From the human T2T-CHM13v2.0 reference genome, Homo sapiens, in NCBI GenBank assembly GCA_009914755.4, contig CP086569.2:4032001-4096000 (forward strand): a stretch of DNA of 64,000 nt. The letters are read 5' to 3'. Both the position numbers and the translations under genes were made by a program. The notes under the pieces were generated by a model. That model made no database searches. It was not told the origin of the DNA and saw only the letters and a list, made by a program, of their open reading frames with translations. Positions 11,401-24,815 of this stretch are shown one piece after another (position 1 is the first letter of the stretch; the number at the start of each line of letters is the position of its first letter).

Positions 11401-12552
11401 GAAGGAAAAGATGAATGTCCTGTATCAAAAGGAGAAAATGAATTTTCTCTTCATTTGGCTTTTTGTTTTATTCATCCTTCAGGAGACTGGATGATGCCCA
11501 CCCACACTGGTGAGGACAATTGTCTTTCAGTATATTGATTAAAAGAATGATCTCTTCCAGAAACATCCTTACAGGTATCACTAGAAATAATGTTTCACCA
11601 GTTATCTGGGCATCCTTTAGCACAGTCAAGCTGAAATGTCACATTAACCATCACAATTAATCTACCAGTTTGAAATAAATATATCCTTCATGTGTGGTAA
11701 AACAAAGCCACTAAGTATTCTATGACCACAGACAAGAAACTAACAGCTCTGTGCTTAGTTTTTCATTTGTTTGTTTCTGAAATTAGGGTAATAATAGTAT
11801 CTACTCCACAAGATTGTTGTGCACATTAAGTGTTCATAAATTTTATGTGAGTTCTTAAAAATAACAAACACATATATAAGACAATATTTGCCAAGCATTA
11901 TTCTTAGCCCTTTTCCAAATGTTAACTCATTTAATGTACATAACAATGAGGTATGTACTGTAATTGCATTCACGTTACAGAGAAGGAGACTGAGGCATAG
12001 GGAGAAAAACTGATTCACCTTAAGTTACAAAGCTAGTAAGTGACATTAAACAGTACCTGATGTATCGCAGTTGCTCATTCATTATTATTACGGTTATTAT
12101 TACTATCACTTTATGAAATTTGATTATGCTTTTTATGACTTCCTATACTATTGAATTTGGATAAAAGTGTTGGTTCTATTATAAGTTAATGAATTTAAAC
12201 ATATTGGATATGTTTCTCTCCATTTCAGTAATTATCATTATTGATCCTACAATTTTCATATCTTTGAATTATGCTTTGAAGAATTAGAAACCTCTTCAGA
12301 TTGCCTCTTAAATTCTTTTGATACAACTCAGTAGTTTTGATAGATTTTTATTCATGACAAAATAAGAAAAATCCTAATTTGTCACTCTTGGAGGTTGTTA
12401 AAACATCAGTTCATCACTGGAGATTTGTAAATGAATTGATTCAAACATTAATTTTGCCTTTACTTTATACACTGTACTTCCAGAAAACCACAAACTCAAT
12501 AAGTAGATGTTTCTCATTATTCTTTGTACAGTAGTATTCCAGGTAATTAAAA

Positions 12553-12637
12553 ACAAAGGAATTTTAAGTTTGAATACCAATATTTTCTGATAATTAATAA
12601 CAAAGGAATTTTAAGTTTGAATACCAATATTTTCTAA
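12553..12637. repeat. Local tandem duplication (2 x ~47 bp)
   Basis: aacaaaggaattttaagtttgaataccaatattttct occurs twice in tandem. Confidence 0.7.
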
Positions 12638-12908
12638 GGCCTAATTAATTAATGTATCTATGCAATAATCATCAGTGGCTTAGGGATGCTATTATCATAT
12701 TAAGGGAGACAGCCAAATGTTACGTGTCCATGATGGAAGTATGAAACCCCACAAATGACATAGGCTTACCACACAATTGATCCTGAATCTGATCAAATCT
12801 GCAGTCCAGAACTACTTAGTGTAATATATAAATGTTATATAATCCATACTAATAAAAATAGTAGACACAAGCCAAATGTAGTGGCTGTATGTATATATAC
12901 ATACATTC

Positions 12909-12937
12909 ATACACACACACACACACACACACACACA
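12909..12937. repeat. (CA)n microsatellite
   Basis: acacacacacacacacacacacacaca. Confidence 0.9.
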
Positions 12938-15261
12938 ATCTCTATCATGCTGAGACAGATACTGAAGTATGTATGAATGAAATGACATAATGATGTCTGG
13001 AATTTGCTTCAAAATTATTCACTGGTGACTGGGAAGATGAGTGGGTTGGGTTAAGATGAAACAAAATAAAGCATTATTTGATAGTTATTGAAGCTGTATG
13101 ATGGGTACACAAGAGTTCATTACACAAAAAGATCTACTTTTGTGCATATTTGATGCTTTCCAAAATGAAAAGCTTTGCTTTTCCTTACTGGCTTCAAAAT
13201 CTTAAGATACATTACATTTCTCCATTATGGTGATGGGCATTCTGTGCATTGGTTTTCCTGTTAACAGAAGATAGGTAGATTAGGAGCCAATGGCAGTCTA
13301 GTTAAAGGTCTTTAGAAAAAGAAAAATAATAAACAAATAGTCATCTTATTCATTTTATTATAAATCACTGCAGACAATACTTATCAAATTGTTAAGAAAA
13401 GTGGAATTTTAATTAAACTGTAAAAGTTTTGGTACAGGCCCCAGACAGCATTTTGAATAGGAAAATTTGAAATATTTTGGCCAAAAGCCATAGTTGGATT
13501 TACTGTCCTTTTATAATCCTCAGAAATGTTGTAGTAATTGTAGACAAAAGTATTTCATTTGAATGTTCACATTTTATTAAAAAAGGATTTAATATTATAT
13601 CCTGAGAACAAAGATCTTTGATTTCCTATTCGCTAATCCTGCTTAGATCTTTTGGGCTAAAATAATGTTTTTAAGTTTGTCATGCTACAGTGAATTTCAG
13701 CTAATCTGCCTGTGGTCTTTCAAAACAAATACATTAAAAGGAAATTTTTAAATGATTAAACTAACTTCTATTCAATGAGTACTTACTGGAATTCGGACAT
13801 TTTGTTAGACAATTTTAATCTCTTATTTAATTCATTGTCCTGGGTACCTAAGGTAGGAATTATTACTTATTACATGAAATAACAGATTAAAGAACAGAGA
13901 TCAAATAAGTTAAGTAACTTGTATAAAATCACACAGTTATAAAGTCTGAGAATGCAGTGATATAATTAGAAAAGGCTTAGTGATTTTCATGATTGAGAAT
14001 TTTGCTTTATTGTATTTTCTGTGTTTTGCTTTTTTGTTGTTACTTATCACAGAATGATGGTAGCTGATAAAATCAGCTGATGACTATATTTAGGGTATGT
14101 CAGGAAGAATTCTGGTAATGTGCCCAGAGACCTAGACTAAGTGTAGATTATTAATCAGTTTCGGAAGAAGCATAATAAAATCGTGCTCTTTGAAGCAAGA
14201 TTGGCCAATTTTTATGTGTATGTCTGTCATTGACATCTGTGTAACAATAGCAAGTGTACTTAACTATATTTAACCTGTTTGTCTTCACCTCTAAAAGAAT
14301 AGCAATGCTTACTTATAATGTTTTATAATTAAAGTTAATGAATCCCATGTCTTTAGGCTAATGTCTTGTACATAATAAGATTTAATAAATGATACCAGGT
14401 TTTACTACATAATATTTGTGTAGCATCGGGCAATTTACTTATCTTTTTGATACGCTGATTTCCAAATATATAAAATGGAGATAATGATAATAATATTGCC
14501 TTCTAAAGTTGATGAGATTTACAAATTAATTTTATATAAGTACTTATAATAACAGTGCTTGGTATATACTAAATGCTATATTGGTGCTGGCCTTATTCTA
14601 TTAGTATTAATTTAAAATTATAATTAATGTAAGAGTTCATGTTATGCCCAAATTCTTTCTCATGGCTTAGAATATACAAAATAGATTTTCAAAATGATGT
14701 AATCTTGTCTTAAGTTGGTTAATTTATCTGAATGATGCAATAAGTATGAACATTTTAATAAAATATAGGTACTGTTAGGCTCCAAGTAAATACTTATCTA
14801 TATGAAAAAGAGGCAGATAAAGATGACATTTTAAATCAATATGAAAAGAAGATGTTAGTAATTAAGTGATATGAGAGGAATTGGCTATAGGAAATCAAAA
14901 TTTGATTCCTATCATCATAAGGTAATATAAAGCTCAGATTTAAGTTCTAAATGCAAATGAAGTTAAAAATATTTTTAAAAAGACATGAAAATCTGCCCTT
15001 TTGGGGAGTACATAAGGCCTCAATAACAACAAAAAAAGAAGAAACCATAACTTAAAAAAAAATTGATCTAACACAAATTAGTACTAGTAAGAGTCAATAT
15101 CCCAGTATTAAAAATTTACACTCCTATGAAATTAGAGAGGATTGTAAAAACTTTAGATTTATGTTTGTAAAAGTCAGCTAAGTGTAGGCACACTCATTCA
15201 TTACTGTTGAGAGCATAAATTGGTACATTTCTTATTCAGAGCAATTTGGCAGTGTAGTGTT

Positions 15262-15931
<670 letters not shown>

Positions 15932-15970
15932 GTCATACCTTTTCACCACATATTTTAATGTCTATAGATC

Positions 15971-16353
15971 TGTGTCAGTCCACTCTCACACTGCTATAAA
16001 GAAATACCTGTGATGGGGTAATTTATAAAGGAAAGATGTCTAATTGACTCACAATTCCATATAGCTGGGGAAGCCTCAGGAAACTTACAATTATGGCAGA
16101 AGGGGAAGCAGGCATCTTTTTCATAAGGCAGCAGGAGGTAAAAGTGAGAGTGCAGAAAAAATCTACCACTTTAAAAACCATCAGGTCTCATGAGAACACA
16201 CTCACTATCATGGGAACAGCATGGGGGAAACTGCCCCATGTTCCAATCACTTCCCTCCCTTGACACCTGGGGATTAGAGGTCCCTTCCCTGGACAGGTGG
16301 GAATTACAATTTGAGATGAGATTTGGATGGGGACACAGAGCCAAACCATATCA
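15971..16353 (-). repeat. THE1-type MaLR solo LTR
   Basis: Plus strand ends …gatttggatggggacacagagccaaaccatatca. This is the reverse complement of the THE1 consensus start TGATATGGTTTGGCTGTGTCCCCACCCAAATC. Upstream contains gggtaatttataaaggaaag…cacaattccatatagctggggaagcctcaggaaacttacaattatggcagaagg, the reverse complement of the THE1 3' region. Confidence 0.8.
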
Positions 16354-16740
16354 AGATCTCCTCAGGAAATAATGATAAAGTTTTACAAATATTAAGGCAC
16401 AAACCTCTTCACTGAAGTGTTCTGTATTGCTTGAAATGTATTTTAAGCTATCTAAATGACAATAAAGAATACATCGAATAAATTATTGTACATCCATGTG
16501 ATGACTTAAGTTATAGAAATTAAAAGAATAGTTTTGGAAAAATATAGAAAAATACTCATTATACAGAATATAAAACATTATATGAAGTACGCACAAATGC
16601 CAAAATTATATATACATGGATAAAAAATGTACTGAAAGAGTATATGCCAACATATGAACCTGATTTTTGAGTAGCAGATTAAAGCAGATCTTCATTTTCC
16701 TCTTTCTTCTTTTCAGCATTTTACAAATTCACCAGAGCAT

Positions 16741-16768
16741 GTGTATGTGTGTGTGTGTGTGTGTATGT
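16741..16768. repeat. (TG)n microsatellite
   Basis: gtgtatgtgtgtgtgtgtgtgtgtatg. Confidence 0.9.
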
Positions 16769-19700
16769 TCTTAAAATATATACTTATGTGAAAAACATAA
16801 TTTAAATCACATATAGACAGTTTAATATCATAACTATTCTCAATTTTCTTACAGTGGGTTTTCCAAATGTTTAAAGTATTATGATTAAAATAGTGCAATT
16901 AGGGAAATCAAATGAGTTTCATAAAATAAAGCAATTCTTACCATGATGACACTTTTAAGAAATACTTAATACAGAATGTGCTTCTACTCTTAGGGTAAGG
17001 AAAGACTTTCTAGGCATAATACAAAATCATAAAAGTTTTATTTAAAAAGATTGATGTACACAATTAAATAGAAACTGCAAAATTTTGAATAATGAAAAAC
17101 ATAAATTTAAAAGGCAAATACTTGAAAATATTTATAAAATATAACTGAAAATTGTCAGCATTAATTATATAAAGATAATTCCTACATAGAGGAAATATAT
17201 GGAAGTGGTAGAAAGGGACCACAAAATAAAACAGAAAAAAAAATCTGGAGGGAAACACATGGTAAATTCCCCAATGGCAGTATACATATAAAACAGTGCT
17301 CAAGCAAAAATGTAGATAAATCTCAAAAGCACAACTTTGAGTGAAAGACTATAGGCTACAAGGATTACCTACTATATGATTTCATTTGTATAAAGTACAA
17401 AACAAGGAAAATTGGTCTATCCAGGTTGAAGTTAGGATAGTGGATACCCTTGGCAATGGTCATGACTTTAAGTAGACAGTAGAGATCTTCTCAGTTGCTT
17501 ACAATATACTCTTTCGTAATTTGTGTTTCACTGTGTTCAGTTTCTGAAAATTGAATAAACTCTTCAATTCTGATCCATGTACTTTTCTTTGTATTATAAT
17601 TTAATAACAATATTTTTAATCAATCAGATTATCTTAGGTTATGTTCAAATTCCAATAAGATTCCAGAGAGCATGTTGAATTCGCATATAAAGTGTCCAAG
17701 CAGAAAACAAGTTTGCTGGCCTTAAAACTGTAGTATAAAAATTATGATTATTTTGTTAACCCTGTGAGTTTGATTTTAAATATCATTTTGTGAATGGTTT
17801 CCTTTAATCCTGGCATTCTCTATGTAAAAAACAGAAAGGAAATAATGTCATTTTAATTTATTATACACACAGAAATGGATATTGAGAAATTTCACTTGAA
17901 AATTGTATAGCAGATCTAGATAAGTATATATTGATGCGTATTTCTGTGGTTTATTGTGTGATTCAAATTTACTTTTAAAGTAAGTAGTAATTTATGTAGC
18001 CAATAATGGTTTGTATAGTTATTAAAAATTTATCCTCAGTATGAATATTAAACTAGAAAATGAAATACATAAAAATAAATATAAAATTGAATATATTTAT
18101 TTCATCAACTGATAACTATTATTAAACATTTTTCACCCTCCAAATTTGTTTCTATGCAACTAAACCCTTTGTTAATCTGTGTCAGAAAAAAGGAAAATAA
18201 ATCTTTGAAATCAGCCAAAAAATATTACTGAGTCTTGTCAAGCATACCATTCAGGATTATCTGTGCCTTTCATTGTACTTAAGTTACTTTACCAGTCAGT
18301 AAGTTGTAGAATACTGGCAATAAAGTAGATGACCTTTGTGCAAAGAAAAACTATTTTAATCCACTGGAGATGCTATTGATTATTGCACTTGTATATTGAC
18401 CAATTTGGAATATTTTTGTAAAGCAATTTTAGCATTCCTTATGGCTTCCGTAGGTTAATGTATTTTCTAAATTCTTCTTTGAATTAGTTATAACAACCTA
18501 AAGGTTCCTAAATTAGTTGATGTTAAAGTATTTGAAACAAGTTTATATTTTTATGAGTCACAATTTTATATTTGAAAGATTCATCAACATTAGCTTTTTT
18601 AACAAAGTAGGTCATGTATATATTTTCATGTCATTAAATACATATTGGCATAATTTCTTTAGTGGCTCCATAATATTCCATTGTATAGATTTATCATATC
18701 CTGTACCATTAGTCACTTATGTCACTGCCAATTTTTATTATAAAGGCAATAATGAAAAAATAAAAATTGCAGCTACTCCACTATAATGTAAACTCTATGA
18801 AACATTTTTTTCTGTTTTCTTTTTTAACCTACCTATTGCTGTGCCTGCAAAGGTTCTTAGAACATAATACATATAAGCAGCTATTAACTGTGTTGAATAT
18901 ATGAAAGAGTACCTTTAAAACCCAGAAATATGCATCAGAAGCTATGTTTCATCTGTCACATTGACAAAATATAAAAACATTTACAATATCCAGTGCTGGC
19001 AAGGGTGTAGAAAGGAATGGTATCACTCACTCTTGATAAAATTCTAAATTATGGTACATTTTCTGGAGGAAATATGACTGTACCTAACAAAATGTAAAAT
19101 GTGACTATCTTTGGAATCAGTATTCATACTTCTGAGAACTTACCTTGTGGGAGAAAAGTTTAACTTTGCATACAGATACACAAGATACCGATTATTACAG
19201 CATCATTTATAACAATGAGAAGTTGGAAGCAATCTTCATGTCAATCAATGAATTGTTAGTAAAGAAATACTAGTATATCCAGTATTCATGAATTCCAATA
19301 AGTGATATAAAAAGAGTTACGTACAAAGATATTTAAAGGTTCCCATATATATGATTAAGTGAAAAAAAAGTAAGTCATAGAACCCAATGTACAATGTTAT
19401 ATGACACTAAAACAATGCTTCCTGTATATGGATAAAGAAGAAATCTTAAAGGAAACATATCAAACCTTTACTATGATTATTTCTGAAGAATAAGATGGGA
19501 AAAGGATGAGAGTTTTTTTTTCCACAGTGTATACCTCCATATCATTTTAGTTATTTTTGTCATAAACATTAATTGATCTCATAAATAAAAAGAAAAATAA
19601 AGTAAATAATTTCATATCAAACTGAAGAATTTAAGACCATGCCATCCTCAAACCTGCTACTCTTGGATATTGATTATTTTGAGTTAAAGACACTTGAAAA

Positions 19701-22700
19701 AATACAGCATCAAGACCACTCTGACTTTCCTTCTCTTTCTTAAAAGCAAGTGATGAGATTCCCATGTGAAAGATGTCCTCTCTGCACCGCAAGGAAAGTA
19801 TCATTTTTTTTTATCATCAAGGATGGGACACAGGGCAGGCACTTAAAAATAAGTACCTGAGAGGGGCCCTTCCATTTTGATTGTAATTGATCCTCAGGGG
19901 ATTCTTCTCTCCAGGGTTTTAATAGAATTTCCATATTCTTGAAGGGCCTTTTGGACCTGGCCTAAATTCCAAAAAGGGGGGTATAGCGAGGTATGTCTGA
20001 CTTCCTGTTTCTTTTCACAGCCTAAATTTGTTTTTCAGGCTTCTTATTGTCAATTAAATGTTCTAGGCCAGACAAGAAGCATGGTGGGCAGGCACCCATT
20101 TGTTCTTAAAACACTTTTTAAACAATATAAAAGACTAAGACTAAAAGCCAAAAATAAGGCTACACATCAAGAGAAAACAAGAGTACAGCATCAAGTTATA
20201 CTGGAGAAAATCATTGCTTTTATATACCTCTAAGATGAAATATTTCAGCAACAGGCCATAACAACAGTTAGAACCAGAGGATAAAAAAATCACAGAAGCT
20301 GACAAAAAAGCTAAAGAAGAGAGTTATCCTCCTCTCCTTTTTATGAGAAAATGGATTATAAGCATTTGCCAGTGAATGAAATACAACAAAAGGAATATAT
20401 TTATTAAACAAAGTCTGTAAGGGGGTGTAAATACAGAATGACAAGATAATCATTTTGAACTTTAGAGCAGAAAACAGACAAGGCAGTACCAAAAATCGGA
20501 GGTGGTTTAGAGACCCCCTAGAGTGGGCCTCTAACTCACAATACCTCTCTAGAGTAGGCCTCTAAACCACAATATCCAATGTCAAAAACCCCAGAGCACA
20601 TGAGGATGACCAACACTGAAGGTGGGACTCTAACTCACACTTCTAGAATGAACGCTCTCACAATCAGGTGTTCTGCCTTCTACACTTGCCCAAATGCAGT
20701 TAATGGGGAGCTAAAGCAAAAACTGCAAATGAAACATATATTTCAGTGTGGAAGGTAAATTAAAATAAAATTTCCAATCAAAAAATTAAAATGGTGTTAG
20801 AGGAGAAATGGCTGAGAGAAGGGCTGACAAGGACAAAGCTGATCCATTGTGCTTCCATTCAGGGCACTCAAATGGCAGAGGATTTTGAATGGACTACCTA
20901 GCCAAGGTCTTATTTCCAGGCTCACCCAATGTTGAAAGGGGGGCAGAAGGAACACTTACCCATCCACAGGAGCCAAAATGATACTGACTTGTCTCCAATG
21001 TGTGGCTTGGGTGAAGGTCTCCACCCAAGCTTTACAGCTTGGGCTGGCTCAGCTGCCATAAGAGGATTGGCGTATGATCCTGTAACCAGCCAGCCAAAAT
21101 GGTGGGTCTTTTTATATGAGGTGACACTGTGGCTGCTTGCCCATCTGTCTGCTCAGATCTGCTTCCACCACCTCCCAGGAAAGATGATGGCTCTGAAAAG
21201 AGCCTTTGGCTAGAGTTACAGCTCTACAGTGTTATGCCTCATCAATCATAATCTTGCTGCCTCACCACCTCACTGTCTCACCAGTCATTGCCTTTCACCT
21301 TCTCTCCACCCAACTATTTCACCAATTGACACCTCTCGCCATCTCACCATCTCATTGTCTCACTGATTGCCAATTGCCAACTTGTCACCTTGTCAATCAC
21401 CAATTGCCATTTTACCATTTAGTTTCATCCCTTTTTGATCACCAAGATGATACAGGACAAGTGAGCCCCAAAATTGAGACTTAGCCTGGGAAATTTCTTG
21501 GCTTCCCTCAGGAAAGAATACAAGGGCGAATCAGAGGTGAGAGAGGGCAACTTTTATTGAATCAGTGCTGCTCCTTGCAGAGCAGGGCTAACCCACAGCC
21601 AGTGTGCCCAGAGTTGGCAGCATATGGGCTGTTGGCAGTTGCATTTATATCCACTTTTGCTTACATGACAATTAAGGGGCAGATTACTCAGAACTTTCTA
21701 GAAAAAGGGAGGAGAGTTTCTGGAATCATGTAAGATAACTTCTGGGCCACTATCATGGTCCATTGCCATGGCATTTGTAAACTGTCATTGTGCCAGTGGG
21801 AGTGTCATTATGCTAACAAGCAGTGAGGGCAACTAGATGTCACTTTCATTGCCATCTGCAGGTTTGGGACAGCTTCCTCACTTCACCCTGAGAATCAACC
21901 AGATTCTGCTTCAATTAGCAGGATCATTACTGGAAAATAAGTCCTGCCAGCCTCCTACCTTACTGTTTATAAATTAAATTAGATAAATTTGTATGCTTTT
22001 CTCCTGATAATCTGTTTTATGTTAGTTTAACTCTTAGGCCCAGTTTAAAAAAAAAAAAATCTAAGAGTGTAGAAGTAAATTCTGCCACCACTTATAAGAC
22101 ATTGGTTAAAAGAAAATGTACATGATTCAGTTAGCACAAGAGAGATTTTGAAATTTTCAGTCACTGTTTTTCAAATTTATGTCTCTTATTAAGCAGAGGG
22201 TCATGTATATTATCCAGCTCAATAAATAATAGTTCAATAATATAGTGTAAACCATTTTTTTCATTAAAGATTTAAAAAGTGTAAAAATTGCAGCAGCTAG
22301 GGATAATGGTATGTTCTCTCCTGGATTTTGGAGCTCCACAGATTTGTGTTTTGGGTTCTCTCAGTTTCTTTGAGCAAATTTCTGATCCAAACTGTCTTTG
22401 GAAGTCATGACAGATACGGGACTGGGTCCATAATTGGATTTAATTAAGGAATCAACTGGCTTGGATCCAGTTAGAGGCCTCTTACATCTGAATGGGTCAG
22501 AAAGAAAAATAGTAAATGGTAATATTGCAGAGGGTAAAAAATTTGGCTTTTTGGAAATTCACAGGGGTTTTGTCTTCTACTCCTTTGTTTCATTTTTCTT
22601 ACATGCTTAGATAGGAAAAAAAAAAATTGGGTAAGTTAATCTAGGAACCCGAGAGCAAAGCCAATATCTTAGGTAAAAAAGGGATTCTTAATTTCTGAAG

Positions 22701-24654
22701 AACTGAGCAGCAAATTCTTACAGAAATGGCAAAATCTTACTAAAGATTACTTCCAGTAGAATGTTCCAAATGAACAAAACTGCACTGAAATGCATTTGAA
22801 AATGAGAGTTCCCAAATTAGTCTCTCATCTAGGGATGCCTATTGGCATGCAGAAGCTTCTAAAAAGTTTTCGGTATTTTTATTTAAAGACTTTACATAAG
22901 GCAAATAAAAACTTGAGTGACCAATTGATTAAAAAAAGAAATCTGCCTTGCAATTTTTCCTGATGGCAATGAGCGACAGGATTAGGCATGTACTGGACCA
23001 TGGAAAATGGGAAACATTTTCTCCTCAAAGGGGAAAAATTGAGAGCTGATGGGATTGCTGGAAAAGACTCCTTCATGACTAACAAGCAGCCATCTGAACT
23101 TTTGATTCAGGTTTGCTACAATGGGTGGGTTTTTCTCTAACCTCCTAGAGCTAATCACCTTCCACACCCTGCCACAGGCAATGATTCTCTCTTGCTCTCT
23201 CTCTGTGCAAAACAGTTGAGGGAATGATAAAATTCACTATATCTTGGAAAGTTTTAATTAATGAGAAAAATGATTTATGAGACTACTCTTAAGCTGTAAT
23301 AATCTGGTAAACTTTGTGGTATGAATTTGTCTTTTTGTGTTGTTTTGTCACGAAAGGGGTACCTTATGATAGAACATGAGCTTAGGTTTCCATAAGCTCA
23401 CTGTTCAAGATGGCCCAGCAAGCTAGTCAGTGACAAACTTTGCTGCAAGTCTCTGAAACAAACAAAAAACTGGATGAGGTCTCCATCTTGTTTTATGTCC
23501 TTAGGAGCTTGATCTTGTAACTACATTGTGGTACTTTCTCTTGGTCTTTGCCATGTAGGGAACAGGAATTTGGTGGTTCATGTAACAGCTCTACAAATTA
23601 TCTTGAGTAGTTAAAAGTCATTGCAAGCTCAAAATTGACTGCTCTAGACTCCTTCTGGGAAGAGCAATGGAAACTTCCCAATGCTCCTTTGCCTCAGCAG
23701 CTAAGGCTTTGCCATTTCAAATTGGTGGCCTGGGTTCAATCTTGGCTTAGGGAATTAGTATATTTCTTGTTGATATCTGTGTGACCTTTAACATTTGTTG
23801 ATTCTCTTCCCCTCCATGAACAACTTCTAGGTTCCCTTCTTAAGTTTTCCTTTCTCTGAGCTATCTTTGAAGATTCCAACTTCTGTAACAACTGTTTACC
23901 ACCTCTTTGAAAATACCTCATACACTTGTACACTCATGGTTAAGCCATAACCTTTTTTAAAGCTTGTTAGTTTTACCCATGAGGTTAATTTTGGTAACAT
24001 TTAAAAGCCAGGAATAGTTCCTGTTTGGCCTGGCTAAAGTAGGGTAATAAGAAATTTACAAGGAATTTTTTTTTTTTTTTTGCAAGAGCTGTGGGTAAAA
24101 GTCAGCTTAATTAAAAGTGGCTATCCAACCTCTACATATATTTAAGAGGCCTTTTTTTGTTTTCTTTCTCTTCTTGAATCTTATTTTTCTGAAGCAAAGG
24201 GTGTTTTCTTTTCTTCTCAGTGGACTGAAATGTTTTTTCTTTATTTTTTTTTTCTTGCCACTCATAATGCACACCTGAGAGGACCTAAGATAACTTCTAA
24301 TAGTGTGGGACTCCTTGGGAAAATCAGAGTAGCCACCATAGATCCTGTTTTAGGAAAAACCTCTGTTTTTCTTGTGAAACCCCAGGAATTCAAAGTATAT
24401 AGATCCCTCTCAAAATGTAAGGCTGTGTTGTGTTTTTCATTGTGTTATCTGATAAGTTTGAGTTAAGCGATTAACGGAAATTACTTCTCATTATGAGAGA
24501 ACTTTTGTGTGTAATAACTGGGTAGGAAATGTACTTTAAGGGATGGCTAATTGCATTTATGTCAGATACCCAGCTCTTTGCATGTTTGGATTAGAGATGC
24601 ATACGCTTGGCCACCTAGAAGGTATGGAAATGTTCCCACCTGGCACTGAGAGAT

Positions 24655-24815
24655 AAGACTCCCATTGGTGATAGGCTGATTGCAAGATGGGCTGATTGCA
24701 AAATCGGCTGATTGGCTGGGTTGCCATGAAATGAAATGCAAGGTAAAAGCATTACACTGTCTTCTCCCATAGCATTTCTGTTTTAGGGGATCCAGAATGT
24801 GATATAAAAATGGGA
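24655..24815 (+). promoter_or_regulatory. Promoter-like module: three tandem inverted CCAAT (Y-box-like CTGATTGG) motifs about 100-150 bp upstream of a TATAAAAAT box; origin unknown (possibly a repeat-derived LTR U3)
   Basis: cattggtgataggctgattgcaagatgggctgattgcaaaatcggctgattggctgggttgcc at 24660-24722, then gatataaaaatgggaccc at about 24806. No transcript evidence is available. Confidence 0.2.

Noticed and set aside
20490-21460. Short tandem motifs (tagagtgggcctctaactcacaatac x3 at 20515-20640; tctcaccaNttgcca-like repeats at 21240-21420)
   Set aside because: These are probably internal low-complexity parts of an old, unassigned interspersed repeat. Too diverged to call.
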